A DNA stretch of 64,000 nt from Tubiluchus corallicola (Eukaryota > Animalia > Priapulida), in contig JAQGDQ010000778.1 of assembly GCA_030141605.1 (NCBI GenBank), positions 1 through 64,000 on the forward strand. The letters run 5' to 3'. The notes beneath the pieces were generated by a model. It was not told where the DNA came from and did not search any database. It saw nothing but the letters and a program-made list of their open reading frames with translations. The translations under genes and the position numbers were made by a program. Of this stretch, positions 1-11,285 are shown piece after piece (within the stretch, counting starts at the first letter, position 1; each line of letters begins with the position of its first letter).

Positions 1-290
1 TTGTTGTTGTCGTTGTTCGTAGTCGAAGAGGACCATGACTCCGTAGGGCGGGTAAGGAGGTGGCTTATGAGCCCGATTCTTGCTGAGAACCTCCTGCAAT
101 GAGGACATGAAAATGGTGTACCTTGATAGGCATTGCGTTCTCTGTCTTTTCGAAGCTGTCTTTTCTCCTGCCTAACTTGGATGCGCCTGGACTCATAGTT
201 GGTCACTCCCGGTTGTTGAAGGGACCATAATGATCTCTGTGCCACATCTTTACAGGAGTCGACATTGAGTTTCATAGGTTTCAACCTTGT
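1..290 (-). mobile_element. RTE-clade LINE 3' end fragment (within the left inverted-repeat arm)
   Basis: Reverse-complement copy of 5935-6257, including the (CAA)n tail read as (TTG)n. Confidence 0.75.
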
Positions 291-1288
291 TTCATATGCA
301 ACATAAACAATACACTTGCAAATAACGTGTATGTTATAATTCAAATATTTCTCACTAGTCACTACCAGTGCATATAAACTTTTGTGGAGATATGTTGCTA
401 GTCAAAGTTTATGATTAATAGAAAATGTAAAATGATTTTTATATATTCTGCTCAAGTACTTACTGGCATAAAGTAATTTATGAATAAGCATCTAAGTTAA
501 CTGCCATATATATAAAATTTATAAAATACTGTATTTTTTCTACAATAACTTGTGTAAATTTTTGCATTTCTAACTTATTAGCAAAATACATTAAAAGATA
601 TATTAGACAGACTATTTTTATGGTTATGAATTCAAACAAATTATTATTATAGATAATGACAAGTCATGTGATATTGAAACACTAGTAACTTTTTATGTTA
701 AGAAACCCCTGTAAGACATTAAATAATTTTCTTCAGACTGTGATTGTAACACTAGCACCACTTTACACTCATTATATAAGTGCTAAACAATATGATCAAT
801 GCAGCATGACTGCATAACACACCTGTAGAATCAGAATTGTTAAATCACCAAAATGCATTGAGCGGTAATGAGCATACGCAAAAATTTTAATCATTTCACG
901 AAAAAGTTAACTTCGTCATTTAATTGAACCACAGATTCAAGTTTACGCTCATAACTATACGTCTATCGTTAAAAGTTAAAAAACCGGTGCACTCGTGATT
1001 GGGATGATCCAAAAATTGGACACAACCAAAACACGGAATCATACAGTGAGCTAGAATAGCTTGTTGACAAATCCTCTCAATAAATCAATTTCTCCCTTGG
1101 CATGAACCTTTTTCTGTACCCAATCCTTGTCCAATGTTGTCAATTCCCCATTGTGTGCATGTGTGAAATACGATAATTACATTAAAAATGGTGCGAAGAA
1201 GGAGGAGACATTTATTCGGGTTTAAATGTTAAACGATCTGAAGTGGAACGCAGATGCAAACCATAACTTTATAATTGCTTAGGTTAAC

Positions 1289-1292
<4 letters not shown>

Positions 1293-1340
<48 letters not shown>
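1293..1340. repeat. (CT)n microsatellite
   Basis: Seen directly. Confidence 0.95.
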
Positions 1341-1343
<3 letters not shown>

Positions 1344-1510
1344 CTTCACTCCTATATTACTGCAATTAGTTATTTCATTCTTCGATCATGTTCTTAATTA
1401 TACTTTTTCTGACCTTGAGTTTTTGCTCGTTTGCAAGAAAAGTGATCTGAACCCAAAAGATTGAATAAATGTACGTAATTTGTTTCCAATATATGTTTGC
1501 ATATATATAG

Positions 1511-1555
<45 letters not shown>

Positions 1556-1961
1556 TGGGAACTTATAGCAGACTGCTAAATAATAAAAGTGTCTAACAAA
1601 ATCTAGGAAGAGCTGCAGTCTTAGTTAACAGATTTCTAATAGTGTGACGTGATTTCGACTTGAAATAATTGTAATATTTTAATAAAATCACAGACATTGT
1701 TGCTAAGATCAGAACAAGAGTTTCTGTGAGTAGCAAAGAAAAGGTTAATTTATTTTGTATTTTCAGTTACAAGAACAAGAATTGTTAAAAAGTTTATTTT
1801 ATATCATAAGAATTTCTTTATATCAAGGCATTTCTTTGCAGTAACTTTTCTTGAAAATCAAAACGATAGTCTCCGATACTTTTTTCCTAAGAATCCTGAT
1901 AGTATTGTATTATATTGTTCAGGTAATAGTATTTTGCTTCTATATTTGGAAGATGCCCTTT

Positions 1962-3497
1962 TCACTGTGGCTCAAGGGTGTTTGGTTGCTTCTCTATAAC
2001 AGCTTCCAATGCTGCTCTACTGTTATGGACATTGGTTAGAAATATCTGTCGTACTTCTGCTGGCGTCCACTTTTTATCAGGAATTGCTTCCTCCTTATCT
2101 TTGGATATTGGTGAATTGTAATAAGAGTTGAACATCTGAGCTACGCAGTGTGGTGTGCAACGCCCAAAATACACCTTTTCACAAATACTGCCAGTCGGGA
2201 TAGCCATACGCAATTCCGGGCAGCTCGACTGAATAACCACCATCCTTCCGTCCATTTCCGTCACGTCCTGCAATAACTTTAGCAGGTTCAGCAGGGCTGT
2301 TTTGTGCACGTTTTTCTCTTCTGAGTCGTCACCCTGTGCATGATTTGCTTTATCGGTATCTTGTAAAACGTAGAGTCTCTCATGCAGAGGAATTTCTTTT
2401 CGGTTTATGTGGCTTTCGTAAAATATGTGGCTCAATTGATTTCTCGTTTTTATACAGCTAATGGGCACAGAGATGATATGGCGCTTAGTGTAGTTGGCTA
2501 GAGCTTTTATTGTGCTTGTAATTCCACATCCTGCTTCTCCGTGGAAGAGGAACCCAATGGTGTGGGGAATCCCTCGTCTGTTGTACCACTCCTTGTTGTG
2601 TAAGAAAAAGTCAACACGTTCTACAATTTTGTCCTTTTCTTCGTGAAAAATGTTGTCAAACGTGACTTGAGATTGAAATAGAAATTCGTCGAAAGGTTTT
2701 TCTTGGGCAGAAAAGTCTGCCGACCTACGTCCGCTAGGTACGAGTGGGTCATAGACAAAGTAAAACTGTCTCCTCTCCATTTCAGATTTTGTGTCAGCTT
2801 CATATTCAGCTTTGCACTGTTCAATGAAATTCCTCAACTGATCAACATTGAGTTGTTTCGAATATATTTTTATCTCGCATGCAACTGGGTCACCTGGTGT
2901 GCCAAAGTACGACCCACCTTGTACGTCATCGTATGGCCAAACTGGTATGCCAGAGTTTGGCCCACCTGGTGTGCCAGAGTGAAGCCCACCTGGTATGCCA
3001 TTGTAAAGCAAACGTTGTAAGGCATTGGTTTGCATTGTTGCCATTTCTTCGTGTACGAGGAACACTCGGCAGTAAATGTTTTCTGCCAAAATAAAAGGTT
3101 CATCTTGGTTTACAATAAAATGTAGCTCGTCGGGTTTAAGACTCTTCTCTTCTCCTGTTAGCTGTACTTCCGTAAGCTTTTCAATTCCACTCTTTACCAT
3201 ATCTAAGTGTTTTATTTTATGCAAAACGGCTACGAGTCCTTCTGATGTTTCCAGTTTTGATTGAGTACTTTTGCTTTTAATTGTGATTACTGACCATCTG
3301 CACCATTTAAGATTCCGAATTAGATCACGTATATAATCGACCAGGATCCACAATTTGGCTTTTATGCCAAATATTAGCATTATAATGTATGTAGACAAGC
3401 AGATTAATGTGGCAGTTATTAATGTGTCCAAAAAAATGTTCCCTGTTGAATAATTGAATAAAGATTTCAATTTATTTTCTATTTCTGCCTCACTCAT
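1962..3497 (-). CDS. BCS1-like AAA-family protein with degenerate catalytic motifs (probable pseudo-ATPase), single coding exon, 511 aa
   Basis: Colinear paralogue of 6283-7824 (shared 'RVDFFL..K.WYNRRGIP.TIGFLFHGE', 'STIKALANYTKRHIISVP', 'KKWTPAE'). Walker A reads GEAGCGITS (K>I), Walker B VLQDTD, and the SRH/Arg-finger region reads QSSCPELRMAIPTGSICE. There is an N-terminal hydrophobic segment. Confidence 0.85.
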   Translation of the reverse strand: MSEAEIENKLKSLFNYSTGNIFLDTLITATLICLSTYIIMLIFGIKAKLWILVDYIRDLIRNLKWCRWSVITIKSKSTQSKLETSEGLVAVLHKIKHLDMVKSGIEKLTEVQLTGEEKSLKPDELHFIVNQDEPFILAENIYCRVFLVHEEMATMQTNALQRLLYNGIPGGLHSGTPGGPNSGIPVWPYDDVQGGSYFGTPGDPVACEIKIYSKQLNVDQLRNFIEQCKAEYEADTKSEMERRQFYFVYDPLVPSGRRSADFSAQEKPFDEFLFQSQVTFDNIFHEEKDKIVERVDFFLHNKEWYNRRGIPHTIGFLFHGEAGCGITSTIKALANYTKRHIISVPISCIKTRNQLSHIFYESHINRKEIPLHERLYVLQDTDKANHAQGDDSEEKNVHKTALLNLLKLLQDVTEMDGRMVVIQSSCPELRMAIPTGSICEKVYFGRCTPHCVAQMFNSYYNSPISKDKEEAIPDKKWTPAEVRQIFLTNVHNSRAALEAVIEKQPNTLEPQ

Positions 3498-4374
3498 GAC
3501 TACAACTTGAGGATTTATGCAGCATCAGCAACAATGTATCTGTGGCTTGGCAACTTTCTGAGTTATTCGCTGCTATGATTCAGTAGCATATGAGTGATTT
3601 CAGCTGTTCCAGTAAGCACGGACACATTGCATTTAAATCCTCGCCACAGTCATGGAGATTATCGATCAAGCTAATTCAGCAATGATTAATTGTACACATC
3701 TAACAGGAATTGTGGATTTGTGTAGTCATTCGTATGTGCAAGCCTTCAAATCCGTGACCAGAGTAGCAGTACTTTGCTGACTTGCTTAATTTTTAACAGT
3801 TAGCTCTCTCTAGCTGCAGTCGTATGAGTAACCATATGTATAACAATGTAATGATGAACACAACTTCTTTTATCTAATTTCTTTATCTTTTATCTGTGAC
3901 AAACAACGTCTTTTACTGTTTTTTTCTGCTGTACAATATTTAAATTAATTTACACCACTCAAGTGCTAACAGTTTAAGAATTCTTCACTTCCAACACTGA
4001 ATGACTGTGCATGTTATTTAAGGACTGTAATTTCATCTGTTCCTGATGCAAAGGATCCTGCGATTTGAGGTTGATAAGGATAGCCACAGATTCTCCAGTT
4101 TAAAAAGAACAATGGGAGTTCTTTTCATTGTTTGCACTTTCACTGAGATATTTTTTTAGAATTTCCAGTTGGAATTTTCACCAAAACAATCTTTAGCAAA
4201 ATGATTAGTAATTTTAGCTAGCTGAATGTTAGGATTTTAATGTGAATCTAAGGAAAAGAGTTCCCCATCACTGAAGAGCAGTGAGGGAGACCAATGATTG
4301 GAATTGCGCATGCAATCTTTTTTGCTATGTTATTGAGACTTTCACTGAACTGAGCTCGTGAATGGTCCCTTTAA

Positions 4375-4517
4375 AGGAAAACCGGACAATTGTGTAAACA
4401 TTACTTCAGAATAAAGAATGCTCTAAAATATTGAAAACTACAATAGCTTTTTTAAAGTCAAAATAAAATTAAAATGATTAAAATGAGATTGAGTCTGAAC
4501 AATCGTTCGGTTTTCCT
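4375..4517 (+). mobile_element. Short Kolobok-like MITE (deletion derivative of 38343-38867)
   Basis: TTAA|AGGAAAACCG...CGGTTTTCCT|TTAA; both ends are shared with the copy at 38343-38867. Confidence 0.7.
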
Positions 4518-4842
4518 TTAAACTTGCCGACTGATATTGCATTGATACTTGACAATATCAGCCATTGACAAGTTTCCAATGAGATTAACCACGCAAGAAG
4601 CAAAATTATATGAAAGGATGGATGTTCTAGCATTTTAAATCAACCGGAATTATAATTACGTAATTACCGATATATGCAGTTTGTACAATCTATGTTTATA
4701 AGAACTCATTAAATATTAAAATACTATCAATGCTACTGCACAGAAATAAAATAAAAAATGGGAACTAAGTTTTGACAAAAATCACCTGAAAAGCAAAAAT
4801 CGCTTTAAATTATCATAGAGATAATTATATATATGTGTAGAG

Positions 4843-4844
<2 letters not shown>

Positions 4845-4926
<82 letters not shown>

Positions 4927-6257
4927 AGTTAACCTAAGCAATTATAAAGTTATGGTTTGCATCTGCGTTCCACTTCAGATCGTTTAACATTTAAACCCGA
5001 ATAAATATCTCCTCCTTCTTAGCACCATTTTTAATGTAATTATCGTATTTCACACATGCACACAATGGGGAATTGACAACATTGGACAAGGATTGGGTAC
5101 AGAAAAAGCTTCATGCCAAGGGAGAAATTGATTTATTGAGAGGATTTGTCAACAACCTATTCTAGCTCACTGTATGATTCCGTGTTTTGGTTGTGTCCAA
5201 TTTTTGGATCATCCCAATCACGAGTGCACCGGTTTTTTAACTTTTAATAATAGACGTATAGTTATGAGCGTAAACTTGAATCTGTGGTTCAATTAAATGA
5301 CGAAGTTAACTTTTTCGTGAAATGATTAAAATTTTTGCGTATGCTCATTACCGCTCAATGCATTTTGGTGATTTAACAATTCTGATTCTACAGGTGTGTT
5401 ATGCAGTCATGCTGCATTGATCATATTGTTTAGCACTTATATAATGAGTGTAAAGTGGTGCTAGTGTTACAATCACAGTCTGAAGAAAATTATTTAATGT
5501 CTTACAGGGGTTTCTTAACATAAAAAGTTACTAGTGTTTCAATATCACATGACTTGTCATTATCTATAATAATAATTTGTTTGAATTCATAACCATAAAA
5601 ATAGTCTGTCTAATATATCTTTTAATGTATTTTGCTAATAAGTTAGAAATGCAAAAATTTACACAAGTTATTGTAGAAAAAATACTGTATTTTACAAATT
5701 TCTATATTATATACAGTTAACTAGATGCTATTCATAAATTACTTTATGCTGTAAGTACTTGAGCAGAACAGTATAAAAATCATTTTACATTTTCTATTAA
5801 TCATAAACTTTGGACTACAGCAACGTATTCCAGTACAAAAGTTTATATGCACTGGTAGTGACTAGTGAGGAAATATCAAATTATAACATACACGTTATTT
5901 GCAAGGCACGTGTCTTATTATAAGTTACATATGAAACAGGTTGAAACTCATATGAAACTCAATGTCGACTCCTGGGAAGATGTGGCACAGGAGAGATCAC
6001 GTTGGCGGTCCCTCATCAAATCGGGAGTGACCAACTATGAGTCCAGGCGCATCCAAGTTAGGCAGGAGAAAAGACAGCTTCGAAAAGACAGACAACGCAA
6101 TGCCTATCAAGATGCACCATTCTCATGTCCTCATTGCAGGAGGAGGTTCTCAGCAAGAATCGGGCTTATAAGCCACCTCCGTACCCATCCTATGATGTTA
6201 GAATGAAGTCATGGTCCTCTTCGACTACGAAGGACGAACAACAACAACAACAACAAC
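4845..6257. repeat. Right arm of the long inverted repeat (partner 1-1340)
   Basis: Begins with (GA)n, then the reverse complement of 1-1292. It ends in (CAA)n about 25 bp from the stop codon of the intact AAA gene. Confidence 0.95.
5935..6257 (+). mobile_element. RTE-clade LINE 3' end (ORF C-terminus with C2H2 finger plus (CAA)n tail), 5'-truncated
   Basis: Translation 'WEDVAQERSRWRSLIKSG...CPHCRRRFSARIGLISHLRTH' is typical of RTE/BovB ORF ends, and there is a short tandem-repeat tail. Confidence 0.8.
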
Positions 6258-6282
6258 ATATGAAACAGTAGAACTTCAAGTG

Positions 6283-7824
6283 TTAAGACCCAGCAGTTTC
6301 ACCAGTAGATTGAGAATTGTCCGTGGAGACCATTTCAGATTGTAGCCTGTTTGTTTCTGGTTGCTGTGTTATAATCGCTTCCAGTGCTGCTGTGCTGTCA
6401 TCTATGTTGTTTAGTAGTATTTGTCCCAATTCAGCAGGAGTCCACTTTTTGTTTGGTAGTTTATCAGCATATTCTGTAGGCACCGGCATTTCAAAATATG
6501 TTTCAAACATTTGAGCTGTGCAACGCGACGAACACCGTCCAAAGTTAACCTTCATGTCGATCCTACCGGGACGGATGAGCGCTTTGTCCAATCGTTCCGG
6601 ATAATTCGTCGTGATAACCATCATTCTTCCTTCCATTTCCATGACACCGTCCAAAAGCTCTAGCAGGTTTGATAGTCCAAGTTTGTCAGTCTTAACTTTC
6701 TTGCTAAACTCACACGACTGCAGTTTTAGCATGCTCAACAGATCACCTTTTTCGCTTTCACTTGTGTCCTTTTCAGCGTCACGGTCGCCCACTATGTCGC
6801 TTAGATTTGCACAGTCGATATCTTCCAAAACGTACAGCCGTTTGTGAAGCGGAATGTCCTTGCGGTTAATGTGCGTGTCGTAAAATACGTGGCGTAATTG
6901 GTTGCACGTTTTTATACGGTTTACCGGCACGGATATGATGTGGCGTTTGGTGTAGTTAGCCAACGCTTTAATTGTGCTTGTTTTTCCGCATCCGGGTTCT
7001 CCATGGAAGAGAAACCCGATGGTATAGGGAATCCCTCTTCTGTTGTACCACTTTTTGTTGTTTAAGAAAAAGTCAACACGCTGTTTAATGAGTTCTTTTT
7101 GTTCATAGAAAATATTGTCAAATGTTCTGTTGGACTGAAAAGAAAACTCTTCAAAGGCATATTCATCTTCATCGTAGTCGTTTGGCTTAGATACCGGATC
7201 ATAAACAAAGAAAAACTGAGTCTTTTCAGTAACAGCTTTTAAGTATGCTTCATACTCTTCTTTGCAGTCTTCAACGAAAGCTCTCAACTGCTTGACATTA
7301 AGCACCGATGAATATATTTTAATTTGAAATTCATCTGTAATGACATTGTCTTTCTCGCCTTCAGTCTGTGTGTGTGAGATCACCACCTGACCATAAATAT
7401 CTTCTGCCAGAACGAATGGTTCATTTTGGCTTACTATGAAGTTACTTTTTATTCCACCATCTTCACGGTCATAGCTCCTTCCTTCCTCCATTATTATTTC
7501 CACTAACTTTCGAATTCCGCACTTCACGGGATTAAGTTGTTTTACTTTATGCAAAACTGCCAAAAACACCACGGAATATTCTAATTTTGTGCCGTAACCA
7601 CCCGCTTGAATTTTTCTACCTTCTGTTATAATTTCAGCCTTTCTGTGCCACTGAAAATTCTTTAAAAGGCAAGTAAGATAGCTAAGCACATTTGGTAATT
7701 TAAGTATATAGGTAGATATATAAATAATAACACCAGTTACTAAGGTGTCTATTAGAACATTCCCAGTCCTAAAGTTAAATAGAAATGAAGTTTTTAGAGT
7801 TTCTTCAATCTGCTGGGCATCCAT
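6283..7824 (-). CDS. BCS1-like AAA ATPase, intact, single coding exon (~513 aa from ATG 7824)
   Basis: Walker A GEPGCGKTS, Walker B VLEDID, 'LSNLLELLDG', SRH 'TTNYPERLDKALIRPGRID', and an N-terminal hydrophobic helix after 'RTGNVLIDT'. ATG 7824 (MDAQQIEE) aligns with the paralogue start (MSEAEIEN). Confidence 0.92.
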   Translation of the reverse strand: MDAQQIEETLKTSFLFNFRTGNVLIDTLVTGVIIYISTYILKLPNVLSYLTCLLKNFQWHRKAEIITEGRKIQAGGYGTKLEYSVVFLAVLHKVKQLNPVKCGIRKLVEIIMEEGRSYDREDGGIKSNFIVSQNEPFVLAEDIYGQVVISHTQTEGEKDNVITDEFQIKIYSSVLNVKQLRAFVEDCKEEYEAYLKAVTEKTQFFFVYDPVSKPNDYDEDEYAFEEFSFQSNRTFDNIFYEQKELIKQRVDFFLNNKKWYNRRGIPYTIGFLFHGEPGCGKTSTIKALANYTKRHIISVPVNRIKTCNQLRHVFYDTHINRKDIPLHKRLYVLEDIDCANLSDIVGDRDAEKDTSESEKGDLLSMLKLQSCEFSKKVKTDKLGLSNLLELLDGVMEMEGRMMVITTNYPERLDKALIRPGRIDMKVNFGRCSSRCTAQMFETYFEMPVPTEYADKLPNKKWTPAELGQILLNNIDDSTAALEAIITQQPETNRLQSEMVSTDNSQSTGETAGS

Positions 7825-8082
7825 CGCTGAAGCTGGGATGCGGGTACACAACAATGTGTACCGGAGAAATGTGTTTGGTGAAAAACGTCTCTATTTAGAT
7901 ACACAACACTATATACAAAAAGCTTGATGTCTTGTAGGATGTGCTCTTCTTGATGTCTTGTAGGATGTGCTCTTCTACACTGTGCCAATGTGTATACTTT
8001 AGCTTGTTACCTGTAATGGGAAACGGAAAAAATGTGCAAACTGACTTTACTGTTACACATGTCACAACGCTGTTCTTTTATT

Positions 8083-8329
8083 CTGTAGCGGATAGCCCTA
8101 TAGGCTGAATAGACTGAAGCCTAAGGCCCGGGATCAAAAGGGGCCCACCAAAATAAAATATAGAAAAGTTTTTTTTCAAAAGTCAGTCACTATATTTCAA
8201 ATCGGGTTTACACAAATCAAGTTTACACAGAGAGCTCCACAAAAACACGTCAGCTCAGCAGTGTAGCAACATTTAAAAGGCCCGTTCCAAGCTCAAGCCT
8301 AAGGCCCATAAAATCATAATCCGCCGCTG
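8083..8329. mobile_element. hAT-type MITE
   Basis: Imperfect TIRs (CTGTAGCGGAT / ATCCGCCGCTG) flanked by the 8-bp TSD CTTTTATT (8075-8082, 8330-8337). Confidence 0.65.
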
Positions 8330-9715
8330 CTTTTATTTCAGTTTTTAAGTTTTTAATTAACACGGTATGATTAAGCTATAAAATGGTATAATGTTTAGAA
8401 GTCTCCTTGATTTAAATCCAATTTTTAAAATTTTTACTATTGTTCATTGACATGCCCAAGAAATATGCAGTATTGATGGTAATATTAATATACTCCATTC
8501 TCTAGCAGCATTTTGTCAGTGGTTGTTTTAATTACCATCATTCTGTGTAACTTAATAATATAAAATCACAAATCTACCCAAGTGACTTTTCCACATTAAG
8601 ATTATGGCAGTGCAGAAAGTGCCTGTACAGATTAACAAAGCTCGTCATCAGTTATTGTACTGAAAAGATAAGTTCTAAACATGGAAAACAAGTCATGCAG
8701 ACTTGGAACATAGAAAACGTACAAACTTTTGGACATACATAAATATTGTATATAACACGTCACATTGAAAAGTCACATATCTGCAGTACTCTATCATTAT
8801 TAAATATTTTGCCATATGCCATTTGCTTGTATTTTTCTGTATACTAGTAATTAATACAATTACCAGAACCTGTAGGAAAGTGTTAACTCTTTTACCTTCT
8901 ACGATAACATTGCTCAATTCAATTCAATTTTATTTTCTCAATAGCAGTTAAAATTCTACATAATTATTTTTACATTTCGTTGCAACTGAGAAGGAGCAGC
9001 GAAAGACCTATTGGTCACTTGGTCAGCTGCCCCTTATTAAAAATACAAGTTTACTTACAGGCTTATGACATTTTTTAGGTGTTTGCTAGGATCATTTCTG
9101 CACTGTTTATTAACGTAGTTCACAAATTAATGTAATTATTTTAATGTAAGAAAGTGTCCCCTCTCCTTTTTGCTCCTTATAACTCTACCTCCCCTCTTTC
9201 TCTCTCGAGCTCTATTTTGGACATATTTGCTTTCTTTCCAACTGTAGCACTTTCTGCCTTATGCTTCTCAGATAATTTTTACAACTAATAGTTGAGTTCT
9301 TGTCTTTGTTTTGCTCTTTCATACTATATGGTTAGTATTGGTTAGCACGCGCTTATGCGTTTCGCGTACATGACTTACTCTGTTTTATTTAGGTTACAGA
9401 TCACATAAAAATCTAATTTTTTACGTAAGCAGTTGACAAAAACGTTGGCCATGCATTCGTTTAGACTGTCCACGATTTGTCTGGACGCAAAAAAATTATC
9501 CTATAAGAAAACTTTACCTGTACAGTGTTTTGTTGATAATATCAAGGATGGCAAAAATAATAAAATCGTCAATACATCCACAATTTCTTTCAACAGAGAA
9601 CACTTACATGTCTTGCAAAATGAATCTCACGGATACCTCGCTGGTTCACTTCGAAAAACCAAACCGTGAAACACAGTGACTGCGCAACGATGTCGTGTAA
9701 TTCCGAGTACAGCAG

Positions 9716-9739
9716 CTTATAAAGCTGAAGCTGACGTCA
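9716..9739 (-). promoter_or_regulatory. Candidate promoter of the intact AAA gene (CRE TGACGTCA plus TATA-like element)
   Basis: TGACGTCA at 9732-9739 and TTTATAAG (-) at 9716-9723 in a CpG-richer patch. A minus-strand donor GTAAGTG near 9607 and an acceptor near 8011 suggest a non-coding first exon. Confidence 0.3.
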
Positions 9740-10329
9740 TACGGCGCTGAGACTATTTTTAGCAATGAGTACTACGTGCCTCTACAACGCGTGCGCGAGT
9801 CAACTGTGGCGGATCAACCGATAGGTTGTTAAGTAATGCCACTAAATCATTATTTTCGCACATTGTCAACAACGATCACACACATGCTTTTATAGCCAGT
9901 GGCAATGCCGTGAAACTACAACAATTTCTTACCTGGCATTTACATGAATGTGCAAATCTTTATGACAAAACGTCGAAAACACCTCTGGAACGCCTCGAGT
10001 TTCAATGATATGGTGCAATTATGAATGGAAATTCTACTCTGTTAATCTGTCCTGTACTACGTGATCACACCGTAGCTAGGTTGCAAATTTTGCTGATGCA
10101 ATCAAGTGTGCAAAATGAAAGAAGTATTGCCAATGTCGTTTCGATTGCACAGTAATGTTGCAATAATTATTTATTTTATTTTATTTGTAAATATTAAGTT
10201 GAATACATGTATTACTATAAAACTAATAAATAATAATAAGATACAATGGTAATAAAGCTATTCTGAAGGAGAATGTTGCTTATGAAATTACCATTACAAA
10301 AACAAACAAAAGAACTGTTATCAGTTAAG

Positions 10330-10330
<1 letters not shown>

Positions 10331-10389
<59 letters not shown>

Positions 10390-10460
10390 CCTCTCTCTCT
10401 ATCCCCCCCCTCTCTCTCTCTCTCTCTCTTTCTCCCTCCTCTCTCTCTCGCTCGTTCTTT
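10331..10460. repeat. (CT)n-rich microsatellite
   Basis: Seen directly; it explains the ER/SL-repeat ORFs. A similar tract lies at 11106-11178. Confidence 0.9.
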
Positions 10461-11143
10461 CTGTCTCTTGGCCATATTATCTCCGGTAACGATAAAGATG
10501 ATGATTATAGATATTATCAGGCAACGGAGTCTTTTTACACTAGAGTGAACCGTATTCTTAGAAAGTTTCGTTATTGTTCACCTAATGTCAAAACTCATCT
10601 GTTTAACTCTTATTTTAACTTTTTCTACGGTAATGGCAACCTGGCGACATTTTTATAACTACAGTCTCGTCTCAACAAACTTAAAGTAGCTCACAATATT
10701 TGTAAATGCAGACTTTTCAACTACCTATATGATTATAGTTCTAGGACCATTTCAGTAGACCACGATGTTTTATATTTTGATGTAATACGTAGAAAAACTA
10801 CATACAGTTTATATAGTAGAATAATACAAAGTTCAAATCCTCTTATAAAAGCATTAAATAGCAGTGACGCATTTTTTACTTCAGACGTAAGAGACAGAAA
10901 ATATTATGTAGAAATAATGGGTGATGATTCAGGCTTGAAGCATCACATTTTGTATATGTATGTTTTGTACTGTTATTTTATTTATATATGTATTAATTTG
11001 TATATGTTGGGAGAGAGAGGTTATAATGGCTGCTTGTCTTGTAACTATTGTATCTTATGTATTCAATGAACTTAGTTCAAAATAAAGAGTTAAATCAAAA
11101 TCAAATCTCTCTCTCTCTCTCTTGCTCTCTCTCTCTCTCTCTT

Positions 11144-11180
<37 letters not shown>

Positions 11181-11285
11181 GTTTTTGTCTTTAACCACCC
11201 CCATTGTTTTCTCCCTCACTCCATTCTATACATCTGCTCCATGTTAAACGTTTATTTTAAAAGTATCCTATTCTTATTTTGATAG

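Larger units (their letters stand above)
1..1340. repeat. Left arm of a long inverted repeat (partner 4845-6257); may extend beyond the window start
   Basis: Reverse complement matches 4845-6257, e.g. 1230-1292 vs 4925-4990. It ends in (CT)n opposite (GA)n. The inner ~770 bp are nearly identical; the outer ~500 bp have more indels. Confidence 0.95.

Noticed and set aside
8018-8032. ISRE-like GAAACGGAAA upstream of the AAA gene
   Set aside because: It coincides with the minus-strand polypyrimidine tract of the acceptor near 8011, which already explains it.
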